A DNA stretch of 60,929 nt, filler included, from an uncultured bacterium (lineage in GTDB: Bacteria; CAYJOG01): the NCBI GenBank assembly GCA_964371695.1. It is 7 parts of 7 records of this genome, joined end to end, with 100 filler letters (N's around TTAATTAATTAA, not from the genome) between each part and the next. Parts side by side here need not be neighbours in the genome. Positions count along the whole stretch, not along the records: positions 43,749 to 52,302 come from CAYJOG010000098.1; positions 52,403 to 60,929 come from CAYJOG010000099.1; 5 more parts are not named here. One strand, 5' to 3'. Below the pieces are notes generated by a model, which worked only from the letters and a program-made list of their open reading frames with translations, did no database searches and was not told the DNA's origin. The translations under genes were made by a program, and so were the position numbers. Numbering within the stretch: the stretch's first letter is position 1; the number at the start of each line of letters is the position of its first letter. Below, in pieces: positions 49,602 through 59,058 of the stretch.

Positions 49602-50606
49602 TTAACGCCCCACTGCGCCGGGCAACCGCGCCAGCAACAACGTGGCGGCGGCCAGACTGAAGGGGTCCGTGGGCAGGGCGGCCAGGGGCGTCGGAGGCTT
49701 CATGCGCAACTCTCCAAAAAGCCCTTCAAAAAAACTGGGCTGGCGGCGCAAGGGTTTCAGGAGTGGTTCCGGCCCCAGGCCCGCCAGTTCGCCGATGGCC
49801 TTCGCGGCGTCGTGGTAAGAACCGATTTCATCCACCAGCTTGACTTTTTGGGCCTGCGCGCCGGTCAGGATGCGCCCATCGGCCACGGCCTTGAGTTCCT
49901 TCATGGTCAGTTTTTTGCGGCGGCCCGCATAGACCGCGTCAATGAACTGCTGGTGTACCTCATCGCTCATGGTTTGCAGCATCTGGCGTTCTTCTTTGGT
50001 CATGGGGCGGCTGGGGTTGCCGATGTCCTTGTATTTGCCGCTGGTGATGGTGCCGTCGGCCAGACCGATTTTCTTCAACAGTTCGCCATATTGCAGAATG
50101 GGAAAAATCACGCCGATGGAGCCGGTGAAGGTGGCCCGGTTGGCGAAAATTCGGTCGGCGGGCGCGGCGATGTAATACCCCCCGCTGGCGGCCACGTCGG
50201 CCATGGACACCACCACAGGTTTGCGGGTGGTCTCTTTGAAACGGGTCAGCGCGGCGTGGATTTCTTCGCTGGCGGGGGCGCTGCCGCCGGGGCTGTTGAT
50301 GCGAATCAGCAGGCCCTTGAGGTGGCGGTTTTTCTCTGCCGTGTGCAGCAGCTTGATGATGCCATCGCTGCCCGCCGAGGGGTCCGAAAAAGGCCCGCCT
50401 CCGCCGTCACCGCTGGTGATGACGCCCTCCACCCGCAGCACACCCACAAAATCCTTGCCGCCGGACTGGGCGATTTCCTGCTGCTCACCACCACCACAAC
50501 CCTTGCCCGCACCAATCAGCGCCGCCAGCAAAAGCGTGAAGGTGGAAAAACCGATGAACAGCGCGTTGGGCCACAACGAGGGCCGAGTCGGTTTGGGATC
50601 ATCCAT
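49602..50606 (-). CDS. sppA: Signal peptide peptidase SppA (short, 36K type)
   Basis: RINSPGGS, VAASGGYYIA, TGSIGVI, SGKYKD, DGRILTG.QA..LVDEIG. Confidence 0.93.
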   Translation of the reverse strand: MDDPKPTRPSLWPNALFIGFSTFTLLLAALIGAGKGCGGGEQQEIAQSGGKDFVGVLRVEGVITSGDGGGGPFSDPSAGSDGIIKLLHTAEKNRHLKGLLIRINSPGGSAPASEEIHAALTRFKETTRKPVVVSMADVAASGGYYIAAPADRIFANRATFTGSIGVIFPILQYGELLKKIGLADGTITSGKYKDIGNPSRPMTKEERQMLQTMSDEVHQQFIDAVYAGRRKKLTMKELKAVADGRILTGAQAQKVKLVDEIGSYHDAAKAIGELAGLGPEPLLKPLRRQPSFFEGLFGELRMKPPTPLAALPTDPFSLAAATLLLARLPGAVGR

Positions 50607-50641
50607 GGGCGGAAGTCTAGCCCAAAAAGCAGGGGCTTCTA

Positions 50642-50805
50642 GAACTCATCTCATAAATCCCTCCATGGATTTATTCGACCGCCGTGGGCGGAAATGAATT
50701 CCACCCACGAGCGCGAAAACCTGCGGGTTTTCAACCCTGCGGTTTTCGGGGCAGGCCATCCAGGCCTGCCAGAAGCCATCTCTTTGACATTCATTAGATG
50801 GCTTC
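50642..50805 (+). mobile_element. MITE family 2 (164 bp), TA flanks
   Basis: ta|GAACTCATCTCATAAAT...TTAGATGGCTTC|ta; colinear with 37347-37510. Confidence 0.75.
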
Positions 50806-50868
50806 TACAGCGATGCTCCGCCTTGCGCCACACGACCCGTAGCAGGGTGTTGAGAAACACCCTGCTTA

Positions 50869-51108
50869 GAGCCTGTTTGAAAAGTGGGTTATGTGAAACA
50901 TCGCCCACTTTGGACAGGCGCTCGTGGACATGAGTTTGCGAGGAGTCTTTCCAGATGCCCATTGGGGCATCTGGCCGAGCAAAGGCGATAGCGACCGTAC
51001 CCGAAAGCCGAAACTTTAAAAAAGTTGAGGTTTTCGCCACGCCGAGGGGGCTTTGCCCCTGAAGGCGTTGGGTTTGAAAAGTCCACGATGGACTTTTCAA
51101 ACAGGTTC
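50869..51108 (-). mobile_element. MITE family 1, long variant (240 bp)
   Basis: tta|GAGCCTGTTTGAAAAGT...ACTTTTCAAACAGGTTC|taa. Confidence 0.75.
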
Positions 51109-51323
51109 TAAGGGGTAAACCGGTTTTGTGATAAAATGACACTGTGCCTGCTCCCAAGTCCAAAGCAAAAACGGTGATCAGAACTCAGGTTTCCGCCCCG
51201 AACGGAAAGCCGGTCACCGTGAGTGTGGGCCGTGAAGGCATCTCCAACGTCGCCCGAAAACAGGCCCGGGATAATTGCCAAGGAGATCGGTAAAAAAGGC
51301 TTAACGGCCAGTCCCAGCCCCCC

Positions 51324-51608
51324 GTGGACTTTAATTTCCTTCAAACCACTTTCTGGGAACCCTCTCTTCGGCGCATTGTTACGGAGGACTGGTTTGTCGA
51401 AGCGGCCAACATCGCCGCACGAAACGCCATTGAGGAAGACCCCTATATCGGGGAATGGGTAGAAGATCTCGACGAAGGACCGATGTTCCTGGCCAAGGTT
51501 GAATTTGCTCCCGATGAGGATGACCTCTTTGCCGAGTTTTACGCCACTTACGTTGGTCAAGGCCGACCCAGCCGAACAACCCACCGTGTGGCTCGTGAAA
51601 GCCTTTGA
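51324..51608 (+). CDS. Small acidic hypothetical protein, possibly frameshifted
   Basis: 94-aa ORF with natural-looking composition, lying between MITE copies. Confidence 0.35.
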   Translation: MDFNFLQTTFWEPSLRRIVTEDWFVEAANIAARNAIEEDPYIGEWVEDLDEGPMFLAKVEFAPDEDDLFAEFYATYVGQGRPSRTTHRVARESL

Positions 51609-51631
51609 GGAGCCTCCGCCATGATCCGCGC

Positions 51632-51696
51632 CGGGGGGCTTTGCCCCTGAAAGCGTTGGGTTTATAAAGTCCACGACGGACTTTATAAACAGGCTC
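51632..51696 (-). mobile_element. Truncated MITE family 1 end
   Basis: ggggctttgcccc...gtttataaagtccacgacggactttataaacaggctc. Confidence 0.7.
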
Positions 51697-51724
51697 TTCT
51701 GGATATGGCTTCTACAATGCCCCG

Positions 51725-52302
51725 ATGAAAGCGCTGAAAGGGGTGCGGGCGTTGCGTCTGTTTTTTTGCGGGGTGTTCTGCCTGGGCGCCGCGCCACTTT
51801 GGGCGGTGCCCCAGTCGTCGGGGCCGGGTCTGCAACCCATGCAGTCCTTCAAACCCAAACCCGCCCCCGCTGCCCCCGCCAAATCGCCCTCGGTGTTGCT
51901 GCCCCTTCAACCGGCCACCCAAACACCGCCTCCTGTGGCCAAAACATCCCCACCCAAGCCGCCTCCGGCAGCGGCAAAATCCATCACACCGACCGCCGTC
52001 ACAAAAAAGCCCGTGGCCGCATCCAAACCCACTGCCACGGTGAGCGCTTCAGCCATCATAAAAAAACCACCCCAGGCCGCCTTGCCTCTCAGCGCCTCGG
52101 TGCGGGTAATTCCACCCAAGCCAAAGCCGTCCCCGGTGGTCATCACCAAACCTGCACCGGTCGCCGCCACGTCGCCCAAGCCTTCCATCAAGCCCTCTCC
52201 CCCACCCACCCCGCCAGTGGCCACACCCCCCCCCCCCCCGGGTACCACCCCCCAAAAACCCCCGCCCCAACCGCCCCCCCGGGGGTTTTGGGGGGACCGG
52301 CC
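51725..52302 (+). CDS. Secreted Pro/Lys/Ala-rich protein, 3' truncated
   Basis: Signal peptide ends PLWA; long PK-rich linker; degrades into homopolymer noise at the contig end. Confidence 0.6.
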
Positions 52303-52404
52303 NNNNNNNNNNNNNNNNNNNNNNNNNNNNNNNNNNNNNNNNNNNNTTAATTAATTAANNNNNNNNNNNNNNNNNNNNNNNNNNNNNNNNNNNNNNNNNN
52401 NNCC

Positions 52405-55400
52405 CAGAGCGGCATCGCCAGTTATGAGGTCAGCGTGGGCACGTCGCCCGGCGCAACCGACGCCGTGGCCAGCCAGAGCGTGGGACTGGCGACGGCTGCG
52501 GCCATTGCGGGCAGTTTCACCAATGGCGTGACGTATTACGTCAACGTGGCGGCGGTGAACAACGCGGGTCTCACCGGCTCCGTGAGCAGCACGGACGGGA
52601 TTCTGGTGGACACCACGGCCCCCACGGCGGCGGGTTCCCTTACCGATGACGGTCTCTACACCACCAGCACCACCAACCTCAACGTCAGTTGGACCGTTGC
52701 CACGGACGCCGAGAGCGGCGTGGTGGATTATGTGGTGAGTGTGGGCACCACCCCCGGCGCGACCGACACCGTGGCCGACCAGAGCGTGGGGCTGGTGACA
52801 AGCACCCCCATTGCGGGCAGCTATTCCACCGGCGTCACCTATTACATCAACGTGGCGGCGGTGAACGGCGCGGGTCTCACGGGCAGTGTGACCAGCACCG
52901 ACGGCATATTGGTTGACGCCACCGCCCCCAGCGTCGTGGGCGTCCTCACCGACAGCGGCAGTTATCAAACCGACACCACCACGGTCTCGGCCAGTTGGAC
53001 CGCCGCCACCGACGCGCAAAGCGGCGTGGCCGACTATGAGGTGAGCGTGGGAACCTCGCCGGGTTTGGATGACCTCGTGGTCAGCCAAAGCGTAGGGCTG
53101 GCCGCCAGCGTCGCCTTTTCGGGACTCAACCTGCTCAGTGGCATGACCATTTACATCAACGTGGCGGCGGTGAACAACGCGGGCCTCACCGGTTCACTCA
53201 TCAGCACCAATGGCATCACGGTAGACACCACGGCTCCCGGTGTCGTGGGCACCCTCACCGACAGCGGCAGTTATCAGACCAGCACCACCACCATCAGCGC
53301 CAGTTGGGCCGCCGCCACCGACACAGAGAGCGGCGTCACGGATTATGTGGTCAGTGTGGGCACATCGCCGGGAGCCAGCGACACCGTGGCCCCCCAGAGC
53401 GTGGGGCTTCTCGCCAGCGCGGCCATCGCAGGCGCATTCACCAACGGCGGCGCCTATTACGTCAACGTGGCAGCGGTGAACGGCGCGGGCATTACTGGCA
53501 GCGCCGCCACCACAGACGGCATCATCGTAGACGCCACGGCCCCCTCTGCCGTGGGGGCGCTCACCGACAGCGGCAGTTTCCAGACCAGCACCACCACGCT
53601 CAGCGCCAGTTGGAGCGTGGCCACCGATGCCGAAAGCGGCGTGGCCAGTTATGAAGTGAGCGTGGGCACGTCACCGGGCGCGACCAACACCGTGGCCAGC
53701 CAGAGCGTGGGGCTTCTCACCGAAAAAGGCATTGCAGGAACTTTCACCAATGGCGTCACCTATTACGTCAACGTGCTGGCCCTCAACACTGCGGGCAGCC
53801 GGGGGCCCCTCGCCAGCACCAACGGCATCACGGTGGACACCAACACCCCCTCTGCCGTCAGCGCCCTGAATGACGGCGCAGGGGCCGATGAAACCTATAC
53901 CAGCAGCGCCAGCACCCTCATGGCCAACTGGACAGCCGCCACGGGCGGGGCCAGCGGCATCACGGGATACAGCTACAGCATCGGCACCACGCCGGGCGGC
54001 AGCGACATGGCGCTCACCACCAGCGTGGGGCTTAACACCAGCGCCAGCGCCAGCGGCCTTTCACTCAGCGATGGCGTGACTTATTACGTGAGCGTGCGGG
54101 CCGTCAATGGCCTGGGCGTGACCGGGCCGGTGGCCACCACCAACGGCGTGCTGCGCGATGCTTCGCCTCCCGGCGCATCTACCGCAGTGAATGACGGCGC
54201 GGGGGCAGACATTGCCTTCAGCACGTCGCTGAGCAGCCTTTCGGTCAACTGGTCAGCCGCCACCGACGCCCACAGCGGGGTGACGGGCTACTTCGTGAGT
54301 GTGGGGACCACGCCGGGAGGAACCAACGTGGTGGCCAGCACCAGCGTGGGGCTGGTGACCAACCGCACCTTCACCGGCCTGTCCCTCACCGGCGGGCAAA
54401 CCTATTACGCCAATGTTCAGGCGCAAAACGGATCAGGTCTGTTGGGCACAACCCGCAGCACCAATGGCGTGTTGGTAGACGCCACGGCCCCCTCGGCGGT
54501 GAGCGGACTGACCGACGGGAGTGCGTTCACCACCAGCACCACAGCGCTGAGTTTCAGCTTCAGCCCGGCCACCGACGCCGAGTCCTCCGTTACGGAATAC
54601 AGCTACTCCATCGGCACCACTGCGGGTGGCGCGCAGGTGGCTCCCTTCACCAGCATGGGCACAGCCACTTCGCTGAACGTGACGGGGCTTTCGCTGACAG
54701 GGGGCCAGACTTATTTCGTCACCGTGCGCACGCTGAACGCCGCCGGTCTCGTGGGGGCGACCGCCACCACCGACGGCATCACGGTGGACACCACCGCACC
54801 GGTCCTCACCCAGGTGAACGATGGCGCGGGGGCGGATGTGGACACCTGGGGCCTGTCGGGCGTGGTGTCGGCCAGTTGGACCACCGTGACTGATGCCGAA
54901 TCGGGCGTGACGCAGCTTTCTGCCAGTCTGGGACTGAGCGCCGGGGCCACTGACCTAGCCGGTTGGCAAGACGTCACCGGCCTGACCAGCACCACCTTTA
55001 CGGGCCTGTCGCTTGCAGCGGGCCAGCGGTTTTATGTCAACCTGCGGGCGCAGAACGGCGCAGGGCTGCTGAACAGTTCCTCCAGCGACGGCGCACTGGT
55101 GGTGCTGGACGCCCCCACGACGGTGAGCAACCTTTCCGGCCCAGCGGCCATCCTCAGCCAGAACCAGAGCCTTTCCGCCACGTGGACGGCCGCCACTTCG
55201 TCCATGGGAATCGCCGCCTACAGCGTGAGTGTGGGCACGGCCCCCGGCCTGTCAGACGCCGCCCCCTGGCAGAGCGTGGGGCTGAACACCTCGGTGGCGC
55301 TCACCGGCCTGAGCCTGCCGGATGGCGGCACCTATTATCTCAACGTGCGGGCAGAAGACACGCTGGGGCAGGCCGGGGCCATGGCCAGCACCACGGGCAC

Positions 55401-57528
55401 GCTGATAGACCTGAGCCCGCCAGCGGCCGCGCTCACCACCCCCGCACCCGGCGCGGCCTATTCCACCAGTTCGGTTTTGTTCTCAGGAACGGTGGAAACG
55501 GGCGCAACGCTCGCGGCGAATTATCCGGGGCCGGTGACGGTGAACGGCAGTGTTTTCAGCGCCGCGCTCACATTGCCAGAGGGCGCGCCCGTGGTGCAAC
55601 TGACTGCCATCGACGCCGCATTGAACCAGACGGTTCTCACCCGGTCGGTCACGGTGGACGTGACGGCCCCTGTGCCCGTGATGAATGTCGCTGATGACGC
55701 CGCCCGACCGCTGGTCATCACTGTGAGCGCCACCGACAACCAGACGCTCACCCAGGTGAAGCTGGGGGTGCAGGTGCAGGGAGATGCCTCTTCGTGGCAG
55801 GAAATCGGCAGCCCCCTCGCACCAGTGGGCAGCGCGCTCACCTCTACGCCGGTGAGTTGGGATCCGGCCGACCGGGTGGGTGATTTTGAACTGGTGCTGC
55901 GGGCCACCGACGCCCTGGGCAACACCACCACTCTCACCCAGTCCCTTGTTTTGCGCAGCACCCCCACCACCACCAAATCCTGGCCCGCCGACAAATGGCA
56001 CCTGCTGGCCATGCCGGGCAAGTCTGTGCCCAGCGACATGAAAGACCTCATCGCGGGCAAAAACATCAACGTGCTGCGTTACGACCCCGCGCTGCCCGAC
56101 ACGGGTGTGCCTTCCGCCCGTTACACCGGCGAGTTCACCACCGCCGAGGGCAAGGGCTTCTGGCTTTATCCCTATGGTCAGGACGCCGTGCTCTCGATGA
56201 CCTATCACCGGGGGGCCACCAACGGCCCGCAGCGGGTGCGCATGGCAACGGGCTGGAACCAGATTGGCGTGCCCTTTGAACTGCCCGTGAATGTGGCGGG
56301 ACTGCGTTATGTGGACCCCGCCACGGGCGAAAGCCTGGACTTTGACAACGCCAAGTTGCGGGGCTGGCTCAAGAGCAACCTGTGGGGTTTTGACACCACC
56401 CAATATGTGGCGACCCTGCCGGGCGCGGCGCTTCAGCCATGGACAGGTTACTTTCAGAAGGTGACCCGTGATCTGGACCTTGTTTTTGATCCCGCCACCA
56501 CAGCCCGACTTGCACTACCACGGCTGGTGAGGGATCCGCCTCCCCTCTTTACCCTCAAGGCGCGGGTCATGCCCATTTCGGGCGTGGGTTACGCCCAGTC
56601 TTCCGTTGAACTGGCGGTGGTGCCTGCTGGCGCGCCACAAAGGGTGCTGAGTCGCCTGAGCAGCGAAGCCCCGCCGCCGCCGCCCCGCTATGTGCGCGTG
56701 CTGGCGCAAGAAGAAAAATCCCCGACTCTGGCAGAAGGCGCACAACTGGCCCGCTCCGCAAAAACCACTGCGACAAAAGGAGAAACCACCTGGACTCTTC
56801 TGGTGGACAGCAGCGAAGCCGCAGATGTGACGATGGTTTTTGAATCTTTCGCGCCGCTTTCAGGAGACTGGGAAATCCATGTGAAAGATGAAACCACCGG
56901 CGAACTGGTGTCCCTGACGGGTTACACCTTCCGTGCCAGCGGCGTTGCCGGAGACTTCCGGCGGTTTGAGGTGCGGGTGAAACAACCTGCAACCGAAAGC
57001 CTCGCGCTTTATCGCCACACCCTGAGCGGCGCGGGTGGCTGGAGCGCCGTGGCTTTTGCCGTGGACGCCGTGCCTTCGCGGGCCAGTGAGCAGTTGCCCG
57101 GCGTGGATCTTTACCAGTTCCACGGCGGCAGATTGCTGCGGCCCGACGCCAGTGAGTCAGAACACGCCACCGACATTCAGGCGGGCCTGGGTTATCTGCT
57201 GTATCTGCCCGAAGGCCGCACACTGGGCGTGCGGGGGGTTGTGCCCAGCCTGCCCGTGGCCGTGCCGCTCGAAAAGGGCTGGAACCTGCTGGGCAACCCG
57301 GCGGACAGCACGCTTGCCGCCCGTGACATTCTCATTCGCCAGAAAGATCAGACGCTGACCCTTGACGAAGCCCGACTGCTGGGGCTGACTGACGGGGTGC
57401 TGTATCTGCTTCAGAATGGGGCCTATGAATCAACAGACGAAGTCCCGGCAGGCGCAGGTTTTTTCATCCATTTCAACGGCCCGGCGCAGTCGGCGGAAAT
57501 CCTGCTGGGAGCCCAGGGGGCGCAATAG
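52405..57528 (+). CDS. Giant surface protein (>1700 aa, 5' truncated): ~10 FN3-like repeats, Ig-like domains and C-terminal GWN-motif modules
   Basis: Units of ~102-107 aa (D.TAP....LTD.G...SW.AATD.ESG...Y.VSVGT.PG); KWHLLAMP, GWNQIGVP, GWSAVAF, GWNLLGNP. Confidence 0.85.
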   Translation, partial: QSGIASYEVSVGTSPGATDAVASQSVGLATAAAIAGSFTNGVTYYVNVAAVNNAGLTGSVSSTDGILVDTTAPTAAGSLTDDGLYTTSTTNLNVSWTVATDAESGVVDYVVSVGTTPGATDTVADQSVGLVTSTPIAGSYSTGVTYYINVAAVNGAGLTGSVTSTDGILVDATAPSVVGVLTDSGSYQTDTTTVSASWTAATDAQSGVADYEVSVGTSPGLDDLVVSQSVGLAASVAFSGLNLLSGMTIYINVAAVNNAGLTGSLISTNGITVDTTAPGVVGTLTDSGSYQTSTTTISASWAAATDTESGVTDYVVSVGTSPGASDTVAPQSVGLLASAAIAGAFTNGGAYYVNVAAVNGAGITGSAATTDGIIVDATAPSAVGALTDSGSFQTSTTTLSASWSVATDAESGVASYEVSVGTSPGATNTVASQSVGLLTEKGIAGTFTNGVTYYVNVLALNTAGSRGPLASTNGITVDTNTPSAVSALNDGAGADETYTSSASTLMANWTAATGGASGITGYSYSIGTTPGGSDMALTTSVGLNTSASASGLSLSDGVTYYVSVRAVNGLGVTGPVATTNGVLRDASPPGASTAVNDGAGADIAFSTSLSSLSVNWSAATDAHSGVTGYFVSVGTTPGGTNVVASTSVGLVTNRTFTGLSLTGGQTYYANVQAQNGSGLLGTTRSTNGVLVDATAPSAVSGLTDGSAFTTSTTALSFSFSPATDAESSVTEYSYSIGTTAGGAQVAPFTSMGTATSLNVTGLSLTGGQTYFVTVRTLNAAGLVGATATTDGITVDTTAPVLTQVNDGAGADVDTWGLSGVVSASWTTVTDAESGVTQLSASLGLSAGATDLAGWQDVTGLTSTTFTGLSLAAGQRFYVNLRAQNGAGLLNSSSSDGALVVLDAPTTVSNLSGPAAILSQNQSLSATWTAATSSMGIAAYSVSVGTAPGLSDAAPWQSVGLNTSVALTGLSLPDGGTYYLNVRAEDTLGQAGAMASTTGTLIDLSPPAAALTTPAPGAAYSTSSVLFSGTVETGATLAANYPGPVTVNGSVFSAALTLPEGAPVVQLTAIDAALNQTVLTRSVTVDVTAPVPVMNVADDAARPLVITVSATDNQTLTQVKLGVQVQGDASSWQEIGSPLAPVGSALTSTPVSWDPADRVGDFELVLRATDALGNTTTLTQSLVLRSTPTTTKSWPADKWHLLAMPGKSVPSDMKDLIAGKNINVLRYDPALPDTGVPSARYTGEFTTAEGKGFWLYPYGQDAVLSMTYHRGATNGPQRVRMATGWNQIGVPFELPVNVAGLRYVDPATGESLDFDNAKLRGWLKSNLWGFDTTQYVATLPGAALQPWTGYFQKVTRDLDLVFDPATTARLALPRLVRDPPPLFTLKARVMPISGVGYAQSSVELAVVPAGAPQRVLSRLSSEAPPPPPRYVRVLAQEEKSPTLAEGAQLARSAKTTATKGETTWTLLVDSSEAADVTMVFESFAPLSGDWEIHVKDETTGELVSLTGYTFRASGVAGDFRRFEVRVKQPATESLALYRHTLSGAGGWSAVAFAVDAVPSRASEQLPGVDLYQFHGGRLLRPDASESEHATDIQAGLGYLLYLPEGRTLGVRGVVPSLPVAVPLEKGWNLLGNPADSTLAARDILIRQKDQTLTLDEARLLGLTDGVLYLLQNGAYESTDEVPAGAGFFIHFNGPAQSAEILLGAQGAQ

Positions 57529-57549
57529 GAAGGGCATGCCAAACTTTTT

Positions 57550-59058
57550 GTGAGATGGAAAAGGGGATTACGCGTGGGGATCGTGCTGGTGTTTGCCATA
57601 ACGCCGGTCGGGGCGAAAAGCCAGGGAAAGGCTTATGGCCCGGACGCGTTTTTTTTGGGGAAATCTGGCCAGAAACATGGCAAAGCCGAAATGACCGGCA
57701 CGCTTGAAACCATGGTGCATGACACCCGTGTGGGTGGAGACCGCACCTTGTCTTATGAAACCGACGAGAGCTACAACACCAACAACCTGAGCCTGCGAGG
57801 GCTGCTGGAACTGAAAAACGCCTCTGGCGGCACGGCCCAGTGGTCCCTGCGCCTGCACAACAGTTCCAGATCCCTTGAAGAAGAATGGCAGGTGGAACAG
57901 GCCACCGGCTCCATCGTGAAAAACGAATACACGCTGGATTACTGGGACACGCGCCCCCTGTTCAGCGACTACACCCTACAGGGGCGGCGTGTGCGGGGTA
58001 TTGACCTGAAAAAACCCTGGGGGCCGGTGACACTGAATTTTGTGGCGGGTTACGAACCGGCGCTGCAAAAGGCCCTGGGCATCAAGCGCCAGGTTCACGC
58101 CCTCAGGGTGCATCGCAAAAGGGCGCTGTGGGGGTTGGACGCCGCCCTGAATCTGGTGGCCAACGATGACAACCACGCGGCGGATGGTGTTTCTCCCGGT
58201 GCAAATGCCCGCGTGGCCAGCGTTCAGTTGGAGGGCCAGATCTCGCGCAAGGCGCGCCTGCGGGCCGAGGCCAGCCGCAGCCACCCCGCCACAGGCGCAG
58301 TGGCGGGGGCCCAGCTGATTGAAATCACCCTGCGGGGCCGCCGGTGGCAGGGCCGCGCCAGCCACGAGGCCGTGGACACGGGATACACCGCGCCCATGGC
58401 CGCCGCCAGCAACGGCCTCACCGAAACAAAAGCCAGCTACGCACTGCTCATCCGCCGTTATGTCACCCTCACGTTGGCCCACAAACGCAGGCGTTATCCC
58501 GGCGACAGGCAAACCGACAGCGTGGTGGGCGTGCGGGTGCAGCCCCAGCGGTGGCGATCCCGCCTGAGTGCCGAGTTGCGGTGGCTGCCGCGCACCAATG
58601 TTTCGTCCACCAGCCGCACCCACACCGAGGGATACCACCTCACCGTTTCTGACAAAGTGGGCATTCACGTCATCAACATCGACCTGCTCAACGAAGACAT
58701 CAACCGGCAGGGGCTGAGCAATCAGGACAAACGCCAATACCAGTTCACCGTCAATTCCAACCTCACGTCCAAAATCTCGTTGCGCAATCGCTTCCGCCGG
58801 TTTGCCCAGCGGGGGCTGGCGCGGGAAAGGTACGTGGAAACCACCCTGATCTGGGAGCCACGGGAATGGCACAATCTGGAGCTGATGCACACCTACAAAG
58901 ACGACCGGCTGGGTGAAAACGACCGGCGGGAAATTTCCCTGCGCTACGGCTGGCTGGACATTCATGAAGACATTGAATATTCCCTTGAATACCGGCGGGA
59001 ACAACTCAAACGCTTCGCCAACCGCCACATGGAGGTGAAAGTTGCCAAAACTTTCTGA
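57550..59058 (+). CDS. Putative outer-membrane beta-barrel protein
   Basis: N-terminal signal-like segment; alternating polar/hydrophobic strands rich in R, Y and L; ends in EVKVAKTF (terminal Phe). Confidence 0.65.
   Translation: MRWKRGLRVGIVLVFAITPVGAKSQGKAYGPDAFFLGKSGQKHGKAEMTGTLETMVHDTRVGGDRTLSYETDESYNTNNLSLRGLLELKNASGGTAQWSLRLHNSSRSLEEEWQVEQATGSIVKNEYTLDYWDTRPLFSDYTLQGRRVRGIDLKKPWGPVTLNFVAGYEPALQKALGIKRQVHALRVHRKRALWGLDAALNLVANDDNHAADGVSPGANARVASVQLEGQISRKARLRAEASRSHPATGAVAGAQLIEITLRGRRWQGRASHEAVDTGYTAPMAAASNGLTETKASYALLIRRYVTLTLAHKRRRYPGDRQTDSVVGVRVQPQRWRSRLSAELRWLPRTNVSSTSRTHTEGYHLTVSDKVGIHVINIDLLNEDINRQGLSNQDKRQYQFTVNSNLTSKISLRNRFRRFAQRGLARERYVETTLIWEPREWHNLELMHTYKDDRLGENDRREISLRYGWLDIHEDIEYSLEYRREQLKRFANRHMEVKVAKTF

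Noticed and set aside
50651-51163. ORFs with recurring peptides such as LRTCFKSPSWTF, VIPAKAGIQ and PSPQPSP
   Set aside because: Translations of MITE and REP DNA, not a protein family.
6250-51696. Palindromic repeats as a CRISPR array
   Set aside because: They are dispersed rather than regularly spaced with unique spacers, and no cas genes are present.
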